From: Bugula neritina
Taxonomy: Eukaryota; Animalia; Bryozoa
DNA length: 64,000 bases
Reading direction: 5' to 3'
Assembly: GCA_964035545.1 (NCBI GenBank)
Contig: OZ037767.1
Location: 2,553,680-2,617,679 of the forward strand
Position 1 is the first letter of the stretch. Each line of letters opens with the position of its first letter. Below the pieces are notes generated by a model, which was given only the letters and a program-made list of their open reading frames with translations, did not search any database and had not been told where the DNA came from. The position numbers were made by a program, and so were the translations under genes. Below are positions 45,301 through 64,000 of the stretch, one piece after another.

Positions 45301-47798
45301 GTTCTAAGGTCTGTAAAATTAGCTGATTGAGTTAGAAGTAGAAGCAGCAGCTGAGGCAGCATAATGTAATCAAATACTAATGGCAATTTACATATCATTT
45401 CATTATAACTGAAAAATAATCTAATCAGTTAAAAGATTACAACAGCCGAGCAGAAATATGACTAGTGACGTAGATAATCAACAAATCCATTATATTTACA
45501 AATTTAATTAGTAAGGGCAAAATAGAAAATATTCCAACTGCAGGTATAGCTAAATGCCAGTGTATGCAATAGCTCGCAAGCATGTAGACTTATTAGCAGA
45601 ATTGTATTATATACTAATATTTAGTTTTTTCAAAGCCATCAATGTGTTTTCTATAAAAACACTTTTACTAGTAAATTGTAATAAAACAGTAATAATGATG
45701 TAATTAACCACCAATCCAATAATTCCAAAGGGTAATAATAAAATACCAACGATAAAAGAAAAAAATGGGCCCATCACATGAAAGTAATGACCTCATAACA
45801 TCCTTGTCATGACTACTTGTTATGGAGAACAATCAGCATGTTAGTGGGTTTAAATGTGAACAAATATTGTATGGATTGTTTCAAAAAGTCAAATATTTGA
45901 TCAGGCCACGTTACTACATTGAGCTTTATAGGCTAGCCCAACATTGTTTACAGTTGTGATGACAACGAGTTATATACTGCTCCTGTGTGAGTTGACAGAA
46001 ATCAGTTATGAATAGATATCGGATTACTTTACAAAAAGATGTGGACTAATAAATTGGCATAAAGAATGGAGTCCTATGATTACATGCATTTGATTCTGTA
46101 CCTGATGTTTAACATTATCCAAGCTCTATGCTCTACTTCTACTTGTATATTTCTTTTTAACATTATACAGCAATTTATTTTTGGGAGCGGTGGTATTAGT
46201 TAAATTAAATACTATACTATTCACAATTGTAACATTACATCATTTGTAACAATACAAGGACACTTCCACTAACTCCTTCATTCATTGAAATTTCCACTTG
46301 GGTAGTTGCCAACTACTTTTGTAACTTTAGTTCACCCAAGATTCTTTTGTCTGTATAATCTTCTGTTTTCAGTTTGACATTAATAAACTAGAAAATTTAC
46401 TCTAATATAGCTTTTAAATAGCAAAATATCAACTTCTCCTCTTCATGTGTTATTGCATTATGTAATGTGATATGATATAATATATAGTATGAAAGGATGT
46501 GATGTAATATCATATGATATATGATTTGCTATGATATGATATGGCTTGGTATAACACAACATGGCATACGATATGATATGGACAGTACTTCCTGTAGAAA
46601 ACGGGAAACAGATTCTAACTTACGCTGAGTTCAAATATGGATATGCCAACCCCTGAGGCGGCAGCTGACCCGGCGAGTCCTACAAAATGTCCGCTCCCGA
46701 TATTACTCGCAAACAGCGAGGCACCGACCTGTCGAGCAGAACATAATCAGCTATGACATCATAAACCTGCCCTCGTGTACAACATGTACAGTGCGAGTAT
46801 AAGCATGTATGTTATACTATACATTGCAAGTATAAACATGTATATTATACAGCATACTATGAGTATAGGCATGTATATTATACTGTATACTATGAGAATA
46901 AGTGTGTATGTTTTACTGTATACTACGAATCATTTTGAGTAAAGTATCTCTGATTTTTAACTCAAATTGTTTTATATCACTAGTAATATTTTAGATTCTA
47001 GAGCATATTAACTTATTGGTAATGTTTCACTTACAAGTATCCAGTGCATGTTTCCACCAGCTAGAAAATACCCCTTCACTGAGCCTCTGTTCAAACATGA
47101 CGACTAAAATACAAATGGTTGTAAGTATTGGCTAGAAAATTATTATATAAGAATATATTAACCTTGTAGCAGCTAATATGGAAGTTATGTTATTTTATAT
47201 CAAGGAAAAGACTTTGAATTATATATAATAATTATATTATTTTTCTGCTACAATATATTAAACAGTTATATTATATTTTAGGTCTCTTTACAAAACATAT
47301 CCTTGTTATCTGCAGCACACAGCCATTACATTGACTGCTTTTCCATTGCAGCTTCTTAGGTAGTGTATATTTCATACATGCATGCGATTTTATGAGACAA
47401 AAATAAAATGTTTAGCATACACTAATTTGTATATACATAATTGCTAAATGTTAGCATATATAAAGTAAAATATAGTGAGTAAACTTAATATAGTGTAAAA
47501 TGCATGGTAAACTGACACTCATATAAAATCTAACATAGTACATATTTTTATTACATTTTCTTTATTTATTGCAATAATTATCATAGCATTTTAATTTAAA
47601 ATAGATGCATATTGATAACTATTTTAGACATTAAGTAATATAAAATTGATAATTAAATCATTGCATTGTTACAGAATAAACGATTAAAATACTAACCCAA
47701 ATTCCAACCGCGATAACGATAACGAAGTAAATGGCCAGCACTAAATAATCTGACCAGTGCAATTGGGAATTCGCAACAAGTGCTTCCAGTTGAGACAT
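36375..47798 (-). CDS. Sodium/glucose (solute) cotransporter, SLC5A/SGLT family. Exons 47697-47798, 47035-47103, 46624-46728, 44628-44687, 43975-44079, 43299-43404, 42920-43000, 42438-42596, 40689-40943, 40030-40146, 39339-39480, 37783-37945, 37346-37564, 36690-36927, 36375-36571
   Basis: [107 protein letters not shown] and the C-terminus WGFYA*. All 15 exons are phase-consistent. I cannot assign the exact paralogue. Confidence 0.94.
39644..39856 (+). mobile_element. tRNA-derived SINE, family B (copy 2)
   Basis: Colinear with 22738-22948, including the head and the GTGACTATAAACTTGCGTGAG-T(n) tail. Confidence 0.8.
40147..40352 (-). repeat. 24-nt minisatellite (about 8.5 units) built from the SLC5 exon-10 acceptor
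   Basis: Minus-strand unit TATTATGTGTATTATATTATGTAG; the last unit is the true acceptor (..ATGTAG|AACTT). Confidence 0.9.
41229..42443 (-). repeat. 19-nt (with 15-nt variants) minisatellite, roughly 65 units, built from the SLC5 exon-8 donor junction
   Basis: Minus-strand unit ACTGTG|GTAGGTAGAACAT; the true junction is ..GCAAACTGTG|GTAGGT at 42438/42437. Confidence 0.95.
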
Positions 47799-48993
47799 TT
47801 TTAATTAGTGACTGGAAGACTTCGATTCAGATTTAAAATTCTTATGACCAGTTCTATTTTCTAAATTAGTAGAGTATATTGAAATGTTCTATACTTAAAT
47901 CATCAGCAAACTTCATTAATATACTACTTGTGTGAGGGCTTGGCTATAACCACAAATTCTTATTTGACCAACACTAACCAATCATGTGTCAGTATGTTTA
48001 CTTGCTAGTATGACCACACCTACGAAATATAGATTTTAGTAAAATGAGGAATATAAACATTAATGCTGACGTGGGAGTTTGTAGTATATTTGGATAGTGA
48101 CGTATAAGCAGCTCAATGGAGTTTACAAAAATCAATTTTTTGTTTTCAAGCTTAGTGCAAGGCATCAGTCATTATATAGTCAATATGCTATGTTATGATG
48201 ACATTACTGTAGATTTTCAATAACTTTTTATAAAAGCCTGTGAGTGGGTCTTATAGAACACTTTATTTTTATATAGGTAAATCTTATGAACTTGATTTGG
48301 TGAAATTTAAGATAACTAATTTAAAATTCATGGTTAGCATCAAACTAGACATTGTAAAATGTAGTTCATAAACTGTATCAATATTATGTGCAAGATATTT
48401 TGAGATAGGAGCTGTAATGGGGAAAACTAGCAAAATACTATGTTTTATATGAGAAGCATAGCAAACGAAGTTAGGCTCTTTCTCTTAAGATTTTCAAACT
48501 TCTCCAAACCAAAACTCATAAAGACTATTGAAGAATTTGTGCTATTGAAATTTTTCAGTTACTGCACCTAAATAAATAATATATAATGTAACAGATCTGT
48601 TATATATATTATAATTATATACAGTGCCCGTCAAAACCATGTTACTCATTAGAGAGTTTTCTTCTCATACTGGAAGAGTTAGGAACGATTCTTTGACCTT
48701 GACATAAAAAGACTTATTCTTCAATGGATCAAAAGCATGTCTTTCTGACGATGACCGCCGCATTTAACTCAAATTTTGGTTATGGATAAAGTCTTTTCAG
48801 CTAATGGCTAATCTCTGAAATAATAGAAAACAAAAACACAATATTTTTCATTTTGCACCTTAGTGGTACAGATTTGATAGTAAATTGAAATTGTTTTGAA
48901 AGCCCAAAATGAAGATTGAATAGTCTTCATTTTTCATTAGGTAATGCTCTAAGAATTATTATAGTTTTAACTATAATTTATAACTTATTTTTT

Positions 48994-49158
48994 TAACCGT
49001 GGCAGCCATTCTGATTCTCCTTCTCATTCTGATTCTGCAAGTTAATGTTATAGTATTAGCAATACTAATAAATACTAATAGTTATAGTTATTAGTTATAT
49101 TTATACTTAAACTGAGTACATAGTATGACTTTCAAAATCAGAATGGCTGCCATGGTTA
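48994..49158. repeat. Short inverted-repeat element (about 23-bp arms) between the divergent SLC5 and F-box genes
   Basis: TAACCGTGGCAGCCATTCTGATT ... AATCAGAATGGCTGCCATGGTTA (1 mismatch). Confidence 0.7.
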
Positions 49159-49592
49159 GAAAAAGAAATGGTTTTATATTATAATTAAAACTATAATAAT
49201 AATATTAATAATTCTCGAAGTTAGTGAGTAAGTAAGTGCTAGTAGACTAGTAGTAGTAGTAGTACTAGGTAAGTAAGTAAACGAGTTAGTGTTAGTGTTA
49301 CACTCAGTCTTACTGTTAGAGTGTGATACTCTAACACTACCGGTAACAGTAAGTGAGTAACAGTACCTCACTAACTTACTCTAACAGTAACAGTTAGTTG
49401 TAACTGTAATCTTGGGAGACTAACTTTAGTTATTTGTATTTCAATTTCTTTTAATTATACAGTGCATTTAATTGCTATGCTTTGATAATTTGTACCTATT
49501 GAGTGATTTAGGACCTTTTTGTTAATAATACACATGGGTCTCTTAGATCTTGAATGTTTTTATTCTACCTTAAAGACTAGAAATCAGAGAGC

Positions 49593-52500
49593 ATGTCCGT
49601 ATCAGCTAGTGAGTGTCCTGATGAGATACTGGTGAAGATATTGCAGTACTCTACTTTACAAGAGAGAATTTCTGTATTTTCCAGGTTTTTTATAAACTAT
49701 CAAACTTCACATTTCTTTTATTAATGTAGACAAACTATGATTAGATACAGCACAACAGCCTCTTGATTGCAGAATGTAGAAAATTGTATAAAATAGTATG
49801 TAGTACATTGAACTGTAGAATTAATGTGTCACAAGCTGAACTGTAAAGCTGGTTTCCTATATTATAATAATGTGTGGATTTGTAGAGTTTGTAGAAAGTG
49901 GAGGAGGGTGTGTGAGAAAGGTTTGCTATGGAATGTTATTGATATTCCGCCACATTTGGCCACAAATCGCTTCATTGCCAAAATACTCAAAGGTTACGCC
50001 TCGCCGTATTGTAAAGTGCTACGAATTCGATTTTATCACCCAAATGGTTAGTTTGGCAACGAAACGTTGTGTTCTACTACATTTTAACTTTAGCTTTTAG
50101 CTTACTGTTGTGTACTAAGTACTACATTTCAACTAATACTTTGGTGCATTTTCGGCGTAGCTCTTTATTATCAATAAGTTTTGTGAATTGTGTTTTCACT
50201 CAGGACTTTTCAAAAGTATGCTATATATTTTCTTATTTCGTTACATGTTGATGTGTATTTTCAGATAAAACTTTTAGTATTTTTCGAAATTTTTGTTTAG
50301 TTTTGGATTTTAAACTCTTTGATTCTAGCATGGTTGTTTGTTTATTGATTGTATATCTATATTTAGAATGTCCCAAAGGAAGTAAAATAAAACCTATCAC
50401 TGTGAACATGTGGGAAAACATTTGGAAATCTTGTCCTAATCTCAGTGAGCTCTACCTTGATATGGCAGATTTAGTTAATATGAAGAATATTTGGATGTTG
50501 CCCAACTCTATACAGAGGATATATATACACAACTGCTATAACCCACACAGAGATACCGGTATTGCCCAGAGTAAGTCTCCCACTTTCTACGGTTTGATTT
50601 TCCTATAAATAAATGTTTTTACATAACGCAATGTCTGGATTGAAATCAAATACACTTACCCATTTGTTCATTTTATAAATGCTCTACTTTTGTTTTAAGG
50701 ATAGATTTTAAAATAAACATGCCAACAAAAGCTAAATTTCATAAACTTTATGGTACGGTGCACTTCTGATAAACTATAAGCTTTCATTTTCTTTACATGC
50801 AGCTGCTGTGCGCGAATGGAACGAACATACACTTATATACACCCACACTTATACATACATACATGTACACACTTGTATAATACAAACTTCCATCACTCTC
50901 TCTAGTGTTAACAAACTCAGTGCGACACAGCAACCTAGAGCTGCTCTCCACACACCACACTCCGTACTTTATAAGCAGACACCAGTCTGACCTCAAGGCT
51001 CTGTCTCAAAACCGAACTCTCACACAGCTGGACCTTTCCAACACCATCAAAATCCTCGACGTAAGTTCTCAGCTTCTAAAAAAATTTGCGCAAGTTTATA
51101 ATTGCCATCTGGGTGAGAACACGTAATGGAAAGGGTTTTTTAAAGCTGGCTAAGGAATTATTCATATGTGGCACAGGAATAATTATGACTGAGTGCTCTT
51201 CCTAACATTATCATTGATGTTAGGAGTCAAACCACCGACCTTGTGTTTACTAGGCCAGCGTTCTAGCCGCTGTACCACAGCTGCCCCCTGTTCTTGGCTT
51301 TCTAAAAATAGTATTTAATTTGTTTACTCTTTATTTACATTATTTATTTATATAATTCTAAAACCAAATTGTCCTTCCAGTATATAACTTTATAATCATG
51401 TTAAATGTTTTGTTGTACCCTTCAACTACTCATGCGGTACGCTATGTTGTTTACAATATTTGCTATGGTTACCAGGCTGATTATTTCCGCAAAGCTGTAG
51501 TAATGATGACTCAACTAACACATCTAGACATCAGTGATGGAGTGAGAGGTCTGTATAGTGACGACCTCAGCACGATGTTACACTACCTCTCCAAGCTCAA
51601 GGCTCTAGACATATCAAGTGAGCCTGTCAATTTATTCTTCTCCACTCCTCTAGTGTGTTATGAAGTGAGCTGGACACTTGGGTTTGTCTGTTGACAGGTT
51701 AATCAACAATTTTATCTAATGGTGTTTTGTAAAGCCATTGGCAGTTATCTTCTCTTTTCTGGGACAAAAGTTAGGTGAATAGAAACTGGTTAATGTCAGA
51801 AAAATAGTTGTTTTGTGCAACTATGTAATTCTTGATGTAATAAAAAACAGCTATATCAAAGTTTTGAAATAACTAAGTGCTGATGATTTTGAGAGATTAC
51901 ATGATTTGCTTTTGAATACTTCTAATTATAAGATGAAATTTTGAAAAGAATTACATTTAAATTTGCTCAGTCTTTGAAGAAAGACAACTTTTAATAAACT
52001 CTGAGCTCTCTACTTTTCTGGGTGTCGTGTGCAGTAGAAAGTTTTCTTTGATACAAACACTAGAAATTAGCTGCAAGAACTAGCTTCCTTTATTCTTTCA
52101 TCTCTCTTGTATATATGCAAAAGATTTTGCGTTTAGTCCCACACTTCCTTGGGGGTCATCATCTGTGTGGTTCAAATCTTTTCTTTGACGTTGCAAAGCA
52201 TCACAAGATTTGTCTGCACCTGATTCAATCTACGCAATAAAGTGTAACAAATTTCATGTGCAGCTATTTTTGGATACTGAATCTTTGAATATATGGGATT
52301 GTCTACTCATGACTGTATTTGCTTCACTATTTTTAGCTAACACCATAGATACGAGGAACAGAATGGACTTTGGGGAAGTGTGGAAGGAGATTTGGGCTAA
52401 CAAGGCACCGAATATTGAGTACGTGAGAATATGCATGCTTCACTTCAGAGATAGAGGTCTTAGATTCTGTCAGCCTTTCTTTAGGATAGATGAGCCCTTC

Positions 52501-53758
52501 AAACCTTTTGCGTAAGTTAGCTAGTATGATTATATGTGTAAGTTAGCTAGTATGATTATATGTGTAAGTTAGCTAGTATGATTATATGTGTAAGTTAGCT
52601 AGTATGATTATATGTGTAAGTTAGCTAGTATGATTATATGTGTAAGTTAGCTAGTATGATTATATGTGTAAGTTAGCTAGTATGATTATATGTGTAAGTT
52701 AGCTAGTATGATTATATGTGTAAGTTAGCTAGTATGATTATATGTGTAAGTTAGCTAGTATGATTATATGTGTAAGTTAGCTAGTATGATTATATGTGTA
52801 AGTTAGCTAGTATGATTATATGTGTAAGTTAGCTAGTATGATTATATGTGTAAGTTAGCTAGTATGATTATATGTGTAAGTTAGCTAGTATGATTATATG
52901 TGTAAGTTAGCTAGTATGATTATATGTGTAAGTTAGCTAGTATGATTATATGTGTAAGTTAGCTAGTATGATTATATGTGTAAGTTAGCTAGTATGATTA
53001 TATGTGTAAGTTAGCTAGTATGATTATATGTGTAAGTTAGCTAGTACGATTCTAAATAGTAGATATTAAATAGTAGAATATATAAATAAAGTTAGCCTTG
53101 GATAAAGTGCAGCAAGCATATCTTGGGATAATCTGCTGTAACGGCATGGTTCACAGGCTAGGTTAAAGTTCATTATAATAATTATTTTATAGTATACACT
53201 GCTTATACTGTCTTATTGAAATTGTATAAGAGGAGTTTTAACTAAACTTGAATGAACTCAGCTGATTTGCAGCACTCATTTAGTTAGCTCTTATCTGCTG
53301 CCTTAAAGAGGAGGAAATGCTGCCAAGTGACTCTGTAAAAGTTCGTGCCTCACTAATGATTGGTCACTTTATTCATCTTATAATAAAATAGGATTTAAAT
53401 TCTGTAAAATAAATCTGATGCTAATTGTATATATCTCATCACAATTTCAAAATTAAAAGTAACTTTTTATATGTAGAGGAATATTATATGCTTTACAAAT
53501 ATTGCCTTTTTTCAGCTTCATTTTCATACTAGTTTAGTGACAATGGGAATATTTTGTATAGCCTGACTCAAGTGCCACAACTCAATAAATTATTATGAAA
53601 GTTATCTGCTCTTTGTATCTCATATACAATGTGTGATGTTTTCCTGTAGGGACAGGTTAGATGTGAAAGTATATGCTTGTCAAGTGTGTAATCCCAACGA
53701 CCACAGCTGTAACGTCGTGTCACTGCTTTCTCATCCCTGCACACATATACCGCTGTAA
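49593..53758 (+). CDS. F-box/LRR-like protein. Exons 49593-49684, 49886-50046, 50367-50570, 50906-51060, 51476-51617, 52337-52511, 53650-53758
   Basis: F-box CPDEILVKILQYSTLQERISVFSRVCRKWRRVC..LLWNVIDI; LRR-like segments CPNLSELYLD, LTQLDLSN, LTHLDISD, LKALDIS. Phases are consistent. Confidence 0.82.
51175..51288 (-). mobile_element. tRNA-derived SINE, family B, 5' fragment (copy 3)
   Basis: Minus strand GGGGCAGCTGTGGTACAGCGGCTAGAACGCTGGCCTAGTAAACAC..ATGTTAGGAAGAGCACTCAGTCATAATT aligns with the head and core of copies 1 and 2. Confidence 0.65.
52512..53046 (+). repeat. Perfect 26-nt minisatellite (about 20.5 units) starting at the F-box exon-6 donor
   Basis: Unit GTAAGTTAGCTAGTATGATTATATGT; its first G is intron position +1. 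Confidence 0.95.
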
Positions 53759-55551
53759 CTTTGTTGCTGTAAAGTTCTGGATTGAACTATAGTACACTAA
53801 ATATCAATAATGTGTGCGCAGCGTGAAGTGTACCTAGAGTTATCTTCTTCTGCTAAAGACAAGATGTCTATTAGTACATTTCACTCTGGTCAAGTAACTC
53901 TGGTGTTAGTCTCGCTCTGGAATTACTTCTGCTGTTGAGTGGAACACTGAAGTGCATATTATGTTCTTACAACCTTTTCATTGCACTGTGTACTGCTTAA
54001 AAAGCAGAATCTACTTTTGTTCAATGGTTATATCTACAATATTCTTGCTATTTAGTGTGTTCAGAGTTATCTTTTCCTTGACATACTTAAACTAAGTTGC
54101 TTACAAAGCAGAATCTGCAACATTATGATATAAAATGTTCCTTGCTATTAGAGACTATGTAATATGCTGCTTGCTGATATTGTCTTCTAGAAAGGCTCTC
54201 TAAATTTTGGTTTTTAACAATTTTTAGTCCCTAGGACAACAGTTTCATGCTGACACCGTACTGACCCTATGTTGACACAATGAATTGGCATGAATTTCAA
54301 ATCAGCTTTAATATGTATTTTATATTTGTAAAAAATAATATTTTATGTCTAAATATTTCATTTATTAATGACTTTTTATGTATAGTTGATTCATGTACTA
54401 GTTTTTAGCATGAACGTTATTAATAAATCAGGTATTGTTACTTGTATCTTCAGTTTACAAACTTATTTACGTAGCCACTATAGCTGAGCTGTATTTAATG
54501 TGGCTAAGCATCAATGTAAGCAATTATGTACATTATATTATGACATTCCTTTTATGTATATGTCTACTTGTAAATAATTTTCTTTTATATCTAAATGAGT
54601 TTGATATATTTGCAATAAATTTGGAAACACCACGATGCAAGTACAGACAACTCCTATTTAATTATTGTATAACCGCAAAATTATTAACTTTAAAACCAGT
54701 TGTGCTGGACAAGCTTATGCTTTAAAAACAATTTTGATGTGTCGAGTTACTCGCTATGCTTCATAGGAAATTTTGCAAGTGCCATGATAATTCGTTGACA
54801 TGTTATTTATATCAGTCTGAAAGATTGTATCATAACGAGACTATAGGAGATAGTGCAAACATGGTAATGGCAAAGGGCCATGTGTATGCATTTCCCACCG
54901 ATTCTGCAGCTAACAGCTCACTGTCACCAGTATTGCACACTAAAAATATCACATTACTAGTATTATCGCACACAACTGGCTCTTTGACATGTTGCATCAG
55001 TATATAGTTTATAAACTCGTCCACATTTTTCAGTTCTAGGCATTGCTTTATTTCCAATATTGAACTTATGTTCCATGTGCTGGGGTGAGGTTTTAAAGAT
55101 TTAGCTTTGAAAGCCATAAAAGACTGTTGGACATTGGTATGTTGTTTCTAAACCAATAAAGTTGAGTGTAGCTCAACAATAATCAACTGCTCATTCCTTT
55201 TGAGCAGTTAAAATGAAACTCTTAAGTATAAACTGTTTCCATCACCAGCTGCACCCTGGGCATATAAGGTGAGTAAAACACACGTGTGCCACTGCATTCT
55301 ATTTTAATGCACTCATTTTTCTCTCATAAAACAGTGACTTTGTACGTAGAGGAATTTGAAATACAGCCGAATGCATTTAAAATGCACGTTTTTATTTGGC
55401 TGATTTGCTTACAGCCCGGCTTTGATTGGCTGATTTACTGCACGTGTAATCGAAGGCAGGCCGCCTGTTACTAATCTATTATTGAAATATTGTACTGAGC
55501 TATCAGTCGGAGGGTTATACAAAGCTTTTAGCAAGCATCTGTATAACAAAT

Positions 55552-63727
<8,176 letters not shown>

Positions 63728-64000
63728 GTAAGTCATCTGCCCCTGTTTTAGTAGTGTAATCCATTGGAAAAAGTTATCACTACAGTTGTGGTAACAATTC
63801 CAATTCCTAGGTTTCTACAGATAATTAGCACCTATTTTTTTTTACCAGCTCAGACACCATTGAATTTATCTTTCATTGCAGGGTGAGCTATATGTAGTGC
63901 AAATGTTGATGGTGTTTGAATATTACTTTTTTTAATATTGTGAGAATTTGAAATGCAAAAATTGAACTCACCACTGCTTATATATATTTTGATATGACCA

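Noticed and set aside
52015-52260. Extra F-box exon suggested by coding-like composition
   Set aside because: The candidate acceptors I tried hit stops, and 51617 splices in phase directly to 52337.
52512-53046. CRISPR-like regular repeats (also 35785-36310 and 56714-56897)
   Set aside because: Head-to-tail units with no unique spacers, no cas genes and a eukaryotic context.

Overview
AT-rich, intron-dense animal genomic DNA, probably a marine invertebrate (lophotrochozoan-like; the taxon is a guess). I reconstructed the spliced gene models by hand from GT-AG junctions and phase arithmetic. In order: (1) the 5' end of axonemal dynein heavy chain DNAH6 (-), head-to-head with (2) TAF13 (+); (3) a 26-exon type-I membrane protein (-) with an uncharacterised N-terminal region, 14 EGF repeats and one TM helix, whose 6.6-kb intron 13 holds (4) an antisense TRIM-like RING/B-box/coiled-coil/propeller gene with two frameshifts; (5) a cGAS-like receptor (cGLR, Mab-21 family nucleotidyltransferase, +) with an intact catalytic triad, two canonical NF-kB sites upstream and a long basic C-terminal tail; (6) an SLC5/SGLT sodium-sugar cotransporter (-); (7) an F-box/LRR-like protein (+); (8) the 5' part of a glutamate carboxypeptidase II/NAALADase (+). 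tRNA-derived SINE-like elements and MITEs are also present. The most striking non-genic pattern is that about 10 intronic minisatellites, unrelated in sequence, sit at exon-intron junctions and in most cases tandemly re-copy the gene's own splice donor or acceptor (2 to about 65 times). A four-exon EGF block is also duplicated, with near-identical exons but unalignable introns.
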